A stretch of DNA of 64,000 bases from Armatimonadota bacterium (lineage in GTDB: Bacteria; Armatimonadota; Fimbriimonadia; Fimbriimonadales; GBS-DC): contig JBCNVA010000141.1 of assembly GCA_039630445.1 (NCBI GenBank), positions 347 to 64,346 on the forward strand, read 5' to 3'. Positions 1 to 9,243 of the stretch are shown piece after piece. The notes beneath the pieces were generated by a model. That model did not search any database, was not told where the DNA came from, and was given only the letters and a program-made list of their open reading frames with translations. The position numbers and the translations under genes are program-made. Every line of letters starts with the position of its first letter. Within the stretch, counting starts at the first letter, position 1.

Positions 1-1795
1 CGAAGCCGTGCGTGATCACAGCGCGATAGGGGGCGGCGTCCTTTGTGCCGATCGCGATCATCAGGCTGGAGTTGAACCAGCCGCGATGTTGGTCGGAGCC
101 TTCAATATAGAGATCGGCAGGCCAGCGCAGTTCAGGGCGCGTCTCCAGCACCAGCCGATGCGTGCTGCCCGAATCGAACCACACATCCAGCACATCGGTC
201 TCCTTGCGGAAGGTGGTATGACCGCACTTAGGGCAGCGCGTGCCATCGGGCAAGAAATAGTCTGCTGGCTGTTCGAACCACACATCGGAGCCTTCGCGCT
301 CCACGATATCGGCTATGCGCTCGATCAGCTCGGGCTGCAGCAGGGGTTCCTCGCAGGCTTCGCAATAGAAGGCGGGAATGCCCACGCCCCACGCCCGCTG
401 CCGACTGAGACACCAGTCGGGGCGATCCTGCACCATCGCCGTGATGCGCTTCTCGCTCTCTGGCGGGATCCAGCGCACACCCCGAATCGCCGCCAGCGAC
501 CGCTGGCGATGCCCATCATGGTCGATGCTCATAAACCACTGCACCGTCGTGCGGAACAGCAGGGGCGAATCGCAGCGCCAGCAGAAGGGATACTTGTGTT
601 CATACAGCGCGTAGTGCAGCAGATGTCCGTTCGCCTTCAGACGCTCGATCACCGCATGGTTGCCCTCAGGGGCAATCGGAAGCCCTGCAAACTCGCCTGC
701 CTCCTCGGTGAACACGCCGCGGGCATCTACAGGGCAAAGGATCGGCAGTCCATACTGCTTGCCTGTGACGAAGTCCTCCTCGCCATGTCCGGGGGCGGTG
801 TGCACCACGCCTGTGCCCTCCTCCGCTTTCACATAGTCCGCCAGCACCACAGGCGACTCGCGCTCAAAGATTGGATGCTTGGCGATGGTGCCCACCAGTT
901 CGCGCCCCTTGACCGTGCGGATGACTTCGTATTCGTGAACGCCTAAAGTCTCCATCACAGGTTCCACCAGCGCGCGCACCAGCACATACCGATGGTCGCC
1001 GACGCGCACGATGGCGTAGTCCAGATCGGGATGAACGGCGAGGGCAAGGTTCGCAGGGATGGTCCACGGCGTAGTCGTCCAGATGAGGATGTAGGCGTTC
1101 GCAGTGCCATCCGATAGCTCAGGCAGGGACGACGCCACCACCGGGAAACGCACATAGATGGAGTCGGACACCTTCATGCCGTACTCCACTTCGGCTTCAG
1201 CAAGCGCGGTCTGGCAGGTAGGGCACCAGAGGGTCGGGCGTAGATCGCGATAGATATACCCGCGTCGCACCAGCTCGCCAAAGATGCGCACCAGCCCTGC
1301 CTCAAAAGCGTAATCCATCGTCAGATAGGGGTGCTCCCAGTCGCCTACCAGCCCCAACCGCTTGAACTGCTCCCGCTGCACATTCACATAGTGCCATGCG
1401 TACGCGCGGCACGCTTGACGCAGCTCCACTTTGGTGGGTGTCTTGCCCTGCTGCATAAACTGCTGGCTCACAGCGTTTTCGATGGGCATCCCGTGATTGT
1501 CCCAGCCAGGCACATACGGTGTGCGGTAGCCGCGCATCGCGTAGGAGCGCACGATGATGTCTTTCAGCACCTTGTTCAGCGCGTGCCCCATATGGATGTC
1601 GCCGTTGGAGTAAGGCGGACCATCGTGCAAGATGAAGTCCCCTTTTGGAGCGGGCTTCGCCAGCAGCTTTTCGTACAGCCCGATCTCGCGCCAGAACGCC
1701 TGCCAGCGCGGCTCCTGCTCGGGCAGGTTCGCACGCATGGGGATAGTCTGTTCCTCTTTAGGCAGGTTCAGCGTCTCCCGATAGTTGTTTGCCAT
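1..1795 (-). CDS. ileS: isoleucyl-tRNA synthetase, N-terminal ~598 codons; 3' part lies beyond window start
   Basis: Absent from ORF track (no stop inside window). Hand translation of minus strand from ATG 1795-1793 gives MANNYRETLNLPKEEQTIP... Class I HIGH signature PPYSNGDIHMGHALNKVLK at 1618-1562. Frame still open at the edge (...IAIGTKDAAPYRAVITHGF, last codon 4-2). Plus-strand ORF 8..946 is its antisense shadow. Confidence 0.9.
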   Translation of the reverse strand, partial: MANNYRETLNLPKEEQTIPMRANLPEQEPRWQAFWREIGLYEKLLAKPAPKGDFILHDGPPYSNGDIHMGHALNKVLKDIIVRSYAMRGYRTPYVPGWDNHGMPIENAVSQQFMQQGKTPTKVELRQACRAYAWHYVNVQREQFKRLGLVGDWEHPYLTMDYAFEAGLVRIFGELVRRGYIYRDLRPTLWCPTCQTALAEAEVEYGMKVSDSIYVRFPVVASSLPELSDGTANAYILIWTTTPWTIPANLALAVHPDLDYAIVRVGDHRYVLVRALVEPVMETLGVHEYEVIRTVKGRELVGTIAKHPIFERESPVVLADYVKAEEGTGVVHTAPGHGEEDFVTGKQYGLPILCPVDARGVFTEEAGEFAGLPIAPEGNHAVIERLKANGHLLHYALYEHKYPFCWRCDSPLLFRTTVQWFMSIDHDGHRQRSLAAIRGVRWIPPESEKRITAMVQDRPDWCLSRQRAWGVGIPAFYCEACEEPLLQPELIERIADIVEREGSDVWFEQPADYFLPDGTRCPKCGHTTFRKETDVLDVWFDSGSTHRLVLETRPELRWPADLYIEGSDQHRGWFNSSLMIAIGTKDAAPYRAVITHGF

Positions 1796-1833
1796 CCGCT
1801 GCCTCCACTTCGTGGAGAAATTGTACCCTAAAA

Positions 1834-1850
1834 ATAACCCAAGTTGGGCA
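1834..1850. repeat. uninterrupted palindrome ATAACCCAAGTTGGGCA (core CCCAA-G-TTGGG), related to the outer arms of the nested-palindrome elements
   Basis: Read directly from the sequence. Its first 13 nt (ATAACCCAAGTTG) equal the left ends of the elements at 19803 and 23189. Its right half (TTGGGCA) equals the right end of the 23189 element. Confidence 0.7.
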
Positions 1851-1898
1851 TCAGAAAGCAGGAGGCTATGCCATCGACGCAGAATCCTTCAGTGGGTG

Positions 1899-3182
1899 AT
1901 GGCGATGGAGCAAGACAATCGGTTGACGCGGCGTGAGTTTCTCAAAGCCTCGGCGGGCGTGACGATTGGCGCTGTTGCCACAGGTTTACCTCTGCACGCT
2001 TTTGTACATGCACAGGGTTCCGACAAGCTGCGTGTCGGGCTGATCGGTTGCGGGGGACGCGGCACAGGCGCGGCGCGTGATGCGGTTTTTGCCGATCCGG
2101 GCGTCGAAATCTACGCGCTGGGTGACCTGTTCCGCGATAAGTTAGACGCCTGCCGCCAGAACCTCCAGCCGCTGGGCGAGGCATACAATGTGAGCGACGA
2201 CCGCTGCTTCGTAGGTTTTGATAACTACAAAGGCGTTATTGAAAGTGGTGTGCATATCGTAATTCTGGCGACACCGCCTGCCTTCCGCCCCGTGCATTTT
2301 CAGGCAGCTATCGAGGCGGGCAAGCATGTGTTTATGGAGAAGCCTGTGGCTGTCTGTCCGGCGGGAGTGCGGGCAGTGCTTGCAGCGGGTGAGCTGGCAA
2401 AACAAAAGGGTTTGGCAGTTGTAGCGGGCACGCAACGGCGCCACGACTTTGCCTATCGTGAGACCATCAAGCGCATTCAGGATGGTGCGATTGGGCGAAT
2501 CGTTGCGGGCTACTGCTACTGGAACCAAGGTGGGCTATGGGCAGTGCCCAAGCAGGAGGGCTGGAGCGACACCGAATGGCAAATCCGCAACTGGCTTTAC
2601 TTCACCTGGCTTTCTGGTGACCATATTGTGGAGCAGCACATCCATAACATCGATGTGATCAACTGGGTGCTGGGCACGCATCCCATCAGGGCGCTGGGCA
2701 TGGGCGGACGGCAAGTACGCACCGATCCCCTCTACGGGCACATCTATGACCACTTCGCCGTCGAGTTCGAGTATCCCGGCGGGGTCAAGGTGCTGAGCAT
2801 GTGCCGCCAGATCGATAACTGCGCGAACTTTGTGGGTGAGCGAATAGTTGGCACGGGTGGCATTGCCGACCCTTCTGGCTGGATTCAGGGCGCTACCAAA
2901 TGGCGCTACGAGGGACCGCGCACCAACCCGTATATGCAAGAGCATGTGCATCTGATCCAGAGCATCCGCAAGGGCGAGCCGCTAAATGAAACGCGCCAGG
3001 TGGCGGAAAGCACACTCGCAGCCATTATGGGGCGCATGTCCGCCTACACGGGCAAAGAGGTCACCTGGGAGCAGGCGCTGAACTCGCAGCTGAACCTGCT
3101 GGAGCGCGTGCAGAAGCTGCAGGAGTTCGGTCCGATGGCGGTCGATCCCGTCGCGATGCCGGGCAAAACACCGCTGGTGTGA
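1899..3182 (+). CDS. Gfo/Idh/MocA-family oxidoreductase with twin-arginine (Tat) signal
   Basis: ORF track 1785..3182 (TTG). Start moved to in-frame ATG 1899 so the N-terminus is MAMEQDNRLTRREFLKASAGVTIGAVATG (RR-x-FLK plus hydrophobic region). Rossmann motif LIGCGGRGTGA follows. Confidence 0.8.
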   Translation: MAMEQDNRLTRREFLKASAGVTIGAVATGLPLHAFVHAQGSDKLRVGLIGCGGRGTGAARDAVFADPGVEIYALGDLFRDKLDACRQNLQPLGEAYNVSDDRCFVGFDNYKGVIESGVHIVILATPPAFRPVHFQAAIEAGKHVFMEKPVAVCPAGVRAVLAAGELAKQKGLAVVAGTQRRHDFAYRETIKRIQDGAIGRIVAGYCYWNQGGLWAVPKQEGWSDTEWQIRNWLYFTWLSGDHIVEQHIHNIDVINWVLGTHPIRALGMGGRQVRTDPLYGHIYDHFAVEFEYPGGVKVLSMCRQIDNCANFVGERIVGTGGIADPSGWIQGATKWRYEGPRTNPYMQEHVHLIQSIRKGEPLNETRQVAESTLAAIMGRMSAYTGKEVTWEQALNSQLNLLERVQKLQEFGPMAVDPVAMPGKTPLV

Positions 3183-3207
3183 GCATGGACGCGCGTACAA
3201 GGCGTCT

Positions 3208-4362
3208 TTAGCGACGCACCACAAGCAGCAGCGATGCCAGCAGCGCCAGCGACGCACCCATCAAAAAGGCGGCGGTCGCCCCGAACGCCTGCCACACCAG
3301 CCCGAACAGTAGGCTCGCAGGCAGCATCCCGACGCCCACCACGAAGTGGAATGCACCAAACGCCTGACCACGCTGTTCAGGTGGCACTAATTCGGCAATC
3401 ATCGCTCGTTCTGTGCCCTCCGTGAGCGCGAAGTAGAGCGCGTACAACCCGAACAGCGCCCAGATGTGCCATGCGGCGCTGGCAAACCCGAACCCCACAT
3501 AGACCAGCGCGTAGATAAGCCAGCCCATCAGCAGTACGCGCGGGCGTCCCCATCGGTCTGAGAGCGCGCCGCCCGGTGTCGCCAGCAAGCTCTTGAGCAA
3601 GTTCAAGCCTGCCCACAGCAACGGCACCAACGCGGCGCTGACGCCCGCCTGCTCCGCCCGCAATAGTAGGAACGCATCGCTGGAGTTGCCCAGCGTGAAA
3701 ATCAGGATGCAGAGCAACAGCCAGCGGAACCTCCCACGGGGCAGCTGCAGGCGCAACGGCTGGACGGTGGAAGCGGGCGTCGGCTCCGATACGCTGCGCA
3801 GCCCATGCGCCAGCGCCACGAGCGAAACCAGCGCGGGCACAACCGCCAGCCAGAACACTAAGCGATAATCGTGCGGGGCAAGCAGCAGAATGCCCGATGC
3901 CAGTAGCGGACCGATTGCCGCGCCCAGATTGTCCATCCCGCGATGGAAGCCGAACGCCAGCCCGCGATGGAGAGGTTGGGTCGCGTGGGCAATCAGCGCG
4001 TCGCGGGGCGCGGTACGCAACCCCTTGCCCAGCCGATCGGCAAAGCGTAGCCCCAATACCTGCCATGGAGCCGTCGCCAGCGCCAACAGTGGGCGCGTCA
4101 GCACCGACAACCCATACCCAAATGCTGTCAATTGCTTATACTTGCCGAACCGATCTGCCAACCAGCCTGAGACGAGCTTCAGCAGGCTGGCGGTCGTCTC
4201 GGCGATCCCCTCGATTAGCCCGATGAAGGCGACTGAAGCACCCAGCTGCGCCAGAAAAAGGGGCAACAGGGGATAAATCATCTCGCTGCTGATGTCGTTC
4301 AGCAGGCTGACCGCCCCCAGCGCCAACACCGCCTTTGGCAAACGCGCTTTTAGCGACACCAT
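3208..4362 (-). CDS. MFS transporter
   Basis: 384-aa ORF, hydrophobic throughout with about 12 segments. MFS-type loop GWLADRFGKYK between early helices. Confidence 0.8.
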   Translation of the reverse strand: MVSLKARLPKAVLALGAVSLLNDISSEMIYPLLPLFLAQLGASVAFIGLIEGIAETTASLLKLVSGWLADRFGKYKQLTAFGYGLSVLTRPLLALATAPWQVLGLRFADRLGKGLRTAPRDALIAHATQPLHRGLAFGFHRGMDNLGAAIGPLLASGILLLAPHDYRLVFWLAVVPALVSLVALAHGLRSVSEPTPASTVQPLRLQLPRGRFRWLLLCILIFTLGNSSDAFLLLRAEQAGVSAALVPLLWAGLNLLKSLLATPGGALSDRWGRPRVLLMGWLIYALVYVGFGFASAAWHIWALFGLYALYFALTEGTERAMIAELVPPEQRGQAFGAFHFVVGVGMLPASLLFGLVWQAFGATAAFLMGASLALLASLLLVVRR

Positions 4363-4365
4363 TCT

Positions 4366-5061
4366 CTAAACTCTGAGACCTAACTGCGCTAGTGCCTCGC
4401 GCACCTTCGGGCGTGGCTCCTTGAAAAGCCAGTCCAGCTCCACCCAGAACCCCTCTATAGCGGTTGAGAACAGTTTGCCTTCATGCTGCTCGTGCGCTTC
4501 ATACTCGTTGCCCACTCGCCGCACGACACGCACCAGTCGCGCCACAGGGTCTATGAGCCACAACTCAGGAACACCAATCACCCGATAGTCGGCTTCTAAA
4601 GCACGCCACTCGGCAAGACGGTTGCCCGCCGAACGAATCTCCAGCACCCAGTCGGGTGCTTCCAGGATGATCGATTCGGTGATGATGTGGGCACGCTCCC
4701 TGCGGATAAAGAGCAAGTCGGGCAAGCGGGAGCGGAATTCGTTAATTTTGACGGCAGAGCGTGAACCCGATACATAGCCCAGTTGATGCGCTTCGACATA
4801 CTCCCCCACAAGGCGTGCCAACCACAGAAAGAGCTGCTCATGCTGCCAGACCGCCGCCATCTCCCGCTCCACCAAAACGCCGTCGATTAGTTCGTACAGA
4901 TCGTCCTCATGAGTCAGGCGCAGGTAATCGTCGATGGTGAGCGGTCTTTCTGCCACCCATGCCTTGCGGGATCTTTGTCGCACTCGTCGCAGCCGCGCCC
5001 GTGATGATGCCTGGATCGCCATCTTTGCCCCGGAGGGAGTATACCCCTTAGCACCTAACAC
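4366..5061 (-). CDS. Uma2-family (DUF820) restriction-endonuclease-like protein
   Basis: Motifs typical of the family: YELIDGVLVE, PDLLFI, PDWVLEI, ELWLIDP. True start may be an internal Met (MAIQ...). Confidence 0.75.
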   Translation of the reverse strand: MLGAKGYTPSGAKMAIQASSRARLRRVRQRSRKAWVAERPLTIDDYLRLTHEDDLYELIDGVLVEREMAAVWQHEQLFLWLARLVGEYVEAHQLGYVSGSRSAVKINEFRSRLPDLLFIRRERAHIITESIILEAPDWVLEIRSAGNRLAEWRALEADYRVIGVPELWLIDPVARLVRVVRRVGNEYEAHEQHEGKLFSTAIEGFWVELDWLFKEPRPKVREALAQLGLRV

Positions 5062-5066
5062 CCCTC

Positions 5067-6638
5067 CTATTGCTGGGCAAGGCGCTCCCGCTCCTGTTGA
5101 ACCAGCACGCGGCGCAGGATTTTGCCCGATGGCGACTTGGGGATCTGTTCCACGAACTCGACGCGCCGAATCTTTTTGAAGGGGGCGACGCGCTGCGCCA
5201 CATAGTCCATCAGCTCCTCTGCGGTGGCAGGCGCTTTGAGCACCACGAATGCCTTAGGCACCTCGCCTGCCTCCTCATCGGGACTGGGGATCACCGCTGC
5301 ATCCGCTACGGCAGGATGGCTCAGCAGGATCGCCTCTAGCTCCGCGGGCGCCACCTGCAGCCCTTTGTATTTGATCAGCTCCTTCACGCGATCAATGATG
5401 TAGAAGTAGCCATCCTCGTCCACATAGCCGATGTCGCCCGTGCGCAGCCAGCCTTCGGGCGTGATGGTCGCGGCGGTCGCGTCGGGATTGTTCAGGTAGC
5501 CGCGCATTACCTGCGGACCGCGGATCCAAACCTCGCCTTCCTTGCGAACGCCCAGCGGCTCGCCCGTGCTCACATCCACAATCATGCACTCAGTGCTGGC
5601 GATTGGCGGACCGACGGAGGCAAGTTTGATGCGCGCAGGATCCTCAGGGTTCACATGCGTCACAGGGCTGGTCTCGGTCAAACCGTAGCCCTGCAGCACA
5701 AGGCAGCCCAACCGCTCAGCGCATGCCCGCGCCACATCCTCCCCTAACGGCGCTGCCCCCGACATAATAATCCGCAGGCTGGAGAGGTCGTATTGATCCA
5801 CTATCGGATGCTTCGCCAGCGCAAGAATAATCGGCGGCACGAGGTTTGCGCGAGTGATTTTGTAATCCTGCAATGTCTTGAGAAAGAGTTCCAGATCGAA
5901 GCGAGGCAGCGTGACGATGGTCATCCCCCTATACAGGCACAGGTTGAGAATGACCAGCATGCCGTAGATGTGATAAAAGGGCAGGATGCCAATCACGCGC
6001 TCATCGGTTTGCAAATTCACGCCCGACCCCAGCACCTGCACCATGTTCGCCACGAGGTTGTAATGCGTGAGCATCACTCCTTTGGGCAAGCCCGTTGTGC
6101 CACTGGAGTAGGGCAGCACAACCAGATCCTCACGCGGATTAATGGGAACTTGAGGAGGCTCAACATCTGCCAGCAATTGCGCAAACGGGGTTGCGCCGTT
6201 GCCCTGCCCGATAGTGAACACCTCCTGCACGCCCGCTTTCTGGGCAGCGGGCAGCGCCTTGTCCAGCAGGGGGTCTACAGTGACGAGGAACTTCGCGCCC
6301 GAATCGCGCAGCTGATAGGCTAACTCGTCGACGGTGTAGAGCGGGTTTGCCGTAGTGACAATTCCCCCCGCAAGCGCCACACCGTGAAAGGCGAGGGCGT
6401 ATTCTGGCAGGTTCGGGCTGTAGATGCCAACCACTTCGCCTTTTTGCAAACCGCGCTTCACCAGATTGCCCGCCACACGCTGCACGCCTTGCCAGAGTTG
6501 CGCATAACTGAGCGTGCGCCCCGTTAGCCCATCAATCAGGGCAGGCTTTTCACCATACGCCTGCGCATGGGCGTAGACGAACGGCACCAATCCTATCTCC
6601 GGTATCTCCACTGACGGATGCGGACTGCGAAAAATCAT
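5067..6638 (-). CDS. AMP-dependent acyl-CoA / 4-coumarate-CoA ligase family protein
   Basis: AMP-binding box LPYSSGTTGLPKGVMLTH, then GYGLTET, then C-terminal PKSPSGKILRR. ORF track start is 6659. I prefer ATG 6638 (MIFRSPHP) because GGAGG lies 8 nt upstream. Confidence 0.85.
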   Translation of the reverse strand: MIFRSPHPSVEIPEIGLVPFVYAHAQAYGEKPALIDGLTGRTLSYAQLWQGVQRVAGNLVKRGLQKGEVVGIYSPNLPEYALAFHGVALAGGIVTTANPLYTVDELAYQLRDSGAKFLVTVDPLLDKALPAAQKAGVQEVFTIGQGNGATPFAQLLADVEPPQVPINPREDLVVLPYSSGTTGLPKGVMLTHYNLVANMVQVLGSGVNLQTDERVIGILPFYHIYGMLVILNLCLYRGMTIVTLPRFDLELFLKTLQDYKITRANLVPPIILALAKHPIVDQYDLSSLRIIMSGAAPLGEDVARACAERLGCLVLQGYGLTETSPVTHVNPEDPARIKLASVGPPIASTECMIVDVSTGEPLGVRKEGEVWIRGPQVMRGYLNNPDATAATITPEGWLRTGDIGYVDEDGYFYIIDRVKELIKYKGLQVAPAELEAILLSHPAVADAAVIPSPDEEAGEVPKAFVVLKAPATAEELMDYVAQRVAPFKKIRRVEFVEQIPKSPSGKILRRVLVQQERERLAQQ

Positions 6639-6702
6639 CCTTTCCACCTCCGCACGCATATTACGGCTCCACGCAGCAGGATTCCTGCTTTATTAGGGGG
6701 AC

Positions 6703-6732
6703 TTGATTTCTTAGCCTGGCTAAGGGTATACT
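6703..6732 (+). promoter_or_regulatory. sigma-70-type promoter TTGATT-18 nt-TATACT with a perfect palindrome (CTTAGCC-T-GGCTAAG, 6710-6724) in the spacer
   Basis: Read directly from the sequence. Lies 23 nt upstream of the ABM gene start (GGAGG 6745-6749, ATG 6755). Confidence 0.5.
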
Positions 6733-6754
6733 CTATAGAGAAATGGAGGCGACG

Positions 6755-7135
6755 ATGACGGTTCAGGAGATGGTTCAAGCGATGGAGGAGCGCGTGGATA
6801 CGCCAACCGCGGCAGGCTTTGTGGCGATTAATTACATCACCTGTAGACCCGACTATCAGCAGCGCTTTGAGGAACTCTTTCGCACACGCGCCCGCGCGAT
6901 TGATCGGATGCCCGGCTTTTTGGGGATGTATGTGCTGCGCCCTCAGCGGGAGGGCGATCCCTATCTGGTGGTGAGCCACTGGGAGAGTGAGGCACATTTT
7001 CGAGCGTGGCTCCGTTCGCCTGAGTTTCTCGAGGGGCACAGGCGCGGTTTTGAGGATATGCGTCAGGCGAAGGAGCGGGGCGAAGAGCCACCCATGCATT
7101 CCGACTTCCGCACCTATGAGGTGATTGCTCGCTAA
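6755..7135 (+). CDS. antibiotic-biosynthesis-monooxygenase (ABM) domain protein, HmoA/IsdG-like
   Basis: ABM-type fold signature: INYITCRPDYQQRFEELF...GFLGMYVLRP...YLVVSHWESEAHFRAW. ORF track start is 6743. ATG 6755 has GGAGG 5 nt upstream. Confidence 0.7.
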   Translation: MTVQEMVQAMEERVDTPTAAGFVAINYITCRPDYQQRFEELFRTRARAIDRMPGFLGMYVLRPQREGDPYLVVSHWESEAHFRAWLRSPEFLEGHRRGFEDMRQAKERGEEPPMHSDFRTYEVIAR

Positions 7136-7200
7136 CGCGAATTACCGCTTCGAGCGTCTCCCGCAAGGCGAGTGGGCAAGCCTCCAGCGAGCCATCCCAC

Positions 7201-7255
7201 CATTCGCCATTTCGCCACTTCGCCATTTCGCCACTTCGCTATTCACCATTTCGCC
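7201..7255. repeat. short tandem array, ~7 units of AYTTCGCC (8 nt, some 7 nt)
   Basis: cattcgcc atttcgcc acttcgcc atttcgcc acttcgct attcacc atttcgcc, in the convergent gap between the ABM gene and the APC permease. Confidence 0.85.
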
Positions 7256-7262
7256 TACAACT

Positions 7263-9185
7263 TCACCGCTCCAAGAAGTAGCGCACAGTCGTGACCACCA
7301 CTTTGGGCTTGCGCATCAGCGCCAAGCGAAGGATCCACGCCGACTGATTATGCAACAAGTGATGCCACCACCGCTTCGGATAGAACTCTGGAATGACCAC
7401 GGTAAGTTGATCCAGTCGCTCGCGCTCGAACAGCTCATCGATGTAATCCTCTATCGGCTCGATCAAGGAGCGATGCTCTGAATCGATGATTCGGAGCGGG
7501 ATGTCGGGCACATACTGCTGCCATTCGCGCTGGAGTTTCTCGGCAGCGGGGGTGACGAGATGCAGCGTGGCTTCCTCCGTTTTGGAGCGGCGCAGCACGC
7601 GGCGATAGATAGTGGGCGGACGCGGATCCACATTGATATGCAGGGCTTCAATCTGGTCAGTGGGGGCAATCTGCCGCGCATAGTCCAGAGCCTGCAGCAC
7701 GCCCCGATGCACGCTCGGCACCAGCACCAACACCCGATGGCGCGGCACACCGCGCGGCGCTTCGTAGCCCTCAGGATGCAGTTGCACCCGCAGATTCATA
7801 TAATGCTCATGCACACGATACATCAGGTAAATCAGGATGCCGATGGCAACCAGCGTGATCCACGCGCCATAGCGGAAGTTCACTATCAGCTGCGTGAGGA
7901 ACACCATGCAGGTCACCAGCGAGCCGAAGCCGCTGATGAGCATGCCGATCTGCCAGCGGGGCGGACGCACGCGCAAGAAGCGTCGCGCCATACCCGCCTG
8001 CGAGAGCGTGAAGGAGATGAACACACCCACCGCATAGAGCGGGATCAGCGCGTGGGTGTCGCCCCGAAAGTAGATGACCAGCAGCGCGGACGACACACCC
8101 AGCAGCAGGATGCCGTTATTGAACACCAGGCGGTCGCCCAGATTGGCTAACTGGCGTGGTGCATAGCGGGCATTCGCCAAGATCGAACTCAGGCGCGGGA
8201 AGTCCATATAGGCGGTGTTGGCTGCCAGCACCAGGATCGCCATCGTCGCCACCTGCACCACATAATAGAACCATTCCAGCGGCGTGCCCTCCAGCACGGT
8301 ACGGGCAAGGCGCGAGGTGAGTGTTTCCACAATCTGCCCGTTCTCCACGCGCGGCACGATATGGAAATGCGCGGCGGTGTAGGTGATGCCCAGCACCAAT
8401 CCCGACAGGATGAATGCCATCAGCAGCAGAGTGGTCGCCGCGTTGCGCGATTCGGGCGCCTTGAACGCCTGCACGCCGTCCGAAATCGCCTCCACGCCTG
8501 TCAGCGCGGAGCAGCCTCGCGCAAATGCCATCGCAATCAGCATAAAGCTCAGCGCGGTCGGCGTTCCAAAGTAAGGAGGGTATGGAGCTGGATCGATATC
8601 GCCTGCAAATCCGCGCCACAGCCCCACAAGGATCAAAATCGCGAAGGTCAGCACGAAGCCATAGGTAGGCGGGGCGAACACGGCACCCGATTCACGCACC
8701 CCGCGCAGGTTGATCAGCGTCATCAACGCGATAAACAGCACATTGAGCAGGATGCGATAGGGCAACAGGGCGGGGATTGCCGAGACGATTGCGTTTACGC
8801 CCGCCGCGATGCTCACCGCTACTGTCAGCACATAGCCGACCAGCAGAGCCGCCGCCGCCAACAGCCCCCAGAACTCGCCCAGATTCTCCCGCGCCACATT
8901 GAACGCGCCGCCGCCTTGCGGGTAAGCATACACCGTCTGACGATAGGAGAACACCACGATAAACAGCAGCGCAACAATTGCCAGCGAGATGGGAAATGCC
9001 AGCGACAAACCTGCTTCCCCCGCCGCCCACAGCACCATCATCATCTCCTCGGTGGCGTAAGCCGACGAGGAGAGTGCATCCGAAGCGAACACTGGCAGCG
9101 CCAGAAGCACAGGAAGCCGTTCGTGCCGTACACGACGAGTCGATAGGGGCGCGCCAACCAGCAACCGCCAGACTCTACCCAGCAT
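7263..9185 (-). CDS. APC-superfamily amino acid/polyamine permease with long cytoplasmic C-terminal extension
   Basis: 640 aa. N-terminal ~460 aa form about 12 hydrophobic helices (SSAYATEEM..., GGAFNVAREN). C-terminal ~170 aa are hydrophilic. Confidence 0.75.
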   Translation of the reverse strand: MLGRVWRLLVGAPLSTRRVRHERLPVLLALPVFASDALSSSAYATEEMMMVLWAAGEAGLSLAFPISLAIVALLFIVVFSYRQTVYAYPQGGGAFNVARENLGEFWGLLAAAALLVGYVLTVAVSIAAGVNAIVSAIPALLPYRILLNVLFIALMTLINLRGVRESGAVFAPPTYGFVLTFAILILVGLWRGFAGDIDPAPYPPYFGTPTALSFMLIAMAFARGCSALTGVEAISDGVQAFKAPESRNAATTLLLMAFILSGLVLGITYTAAHFHIVPRVENGQIVETLTSRLARTVLEGTPLEWFYYVVQVATMAILVLAANTAYMDFPRLSSILANARYAPRQLANLGDRLVFNNGILLLGVSSALLVIYFRGDTHALIPLYAVGVFISFTLSQAGMARRFLRVRPPRWQIGMLISGFGSLVTCMVFLTQLIVNFRYGAWITLVAIGILIYLMYRVHEHYMNLRVQLHPEGYEAPRGVPRHRVLVLVPSVHRGVLQALDYARQIAPTDQIEALHINVDPRPPTIYRRVLRRSKTEEATLHLVTPAAEKLQREWQQYVPDIPLRIIDSEHRSLIEPIEDYIDELFERERLDQLTVVIPEFYPKRWWHHLLHNQSAWILRLALMRKPKVVVTTVRYFLER

Positions 9186-9243
9186 CTATCTGGCAGGAAG
9201 TATACCCTTTATCGATGCAGCTCGCAGGTACAATCCTGGCACG

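Noticed and set aside
8-946. 312-aa plus-strand ORF at the left edge
   Set aside because: It is antisense to a clean ileS reading frame (HIGH motif, canonical N-terminus). Its Ala/Arg/Gly/His-rich sequence is typical of shadow ORFs in high-GC DNA.
1868-1936. 22-codon upstream ORF (MPSTQNPSVGDGDGARQSVDAA) after AGGAGG, overlapping the oxidoreductase start
   Set aside because: The SD-to-ATG spacing is only 2 nt. The peptide has no features, and I cannot test conservation. The Tat-signal frame starting at 1899 explains the region.
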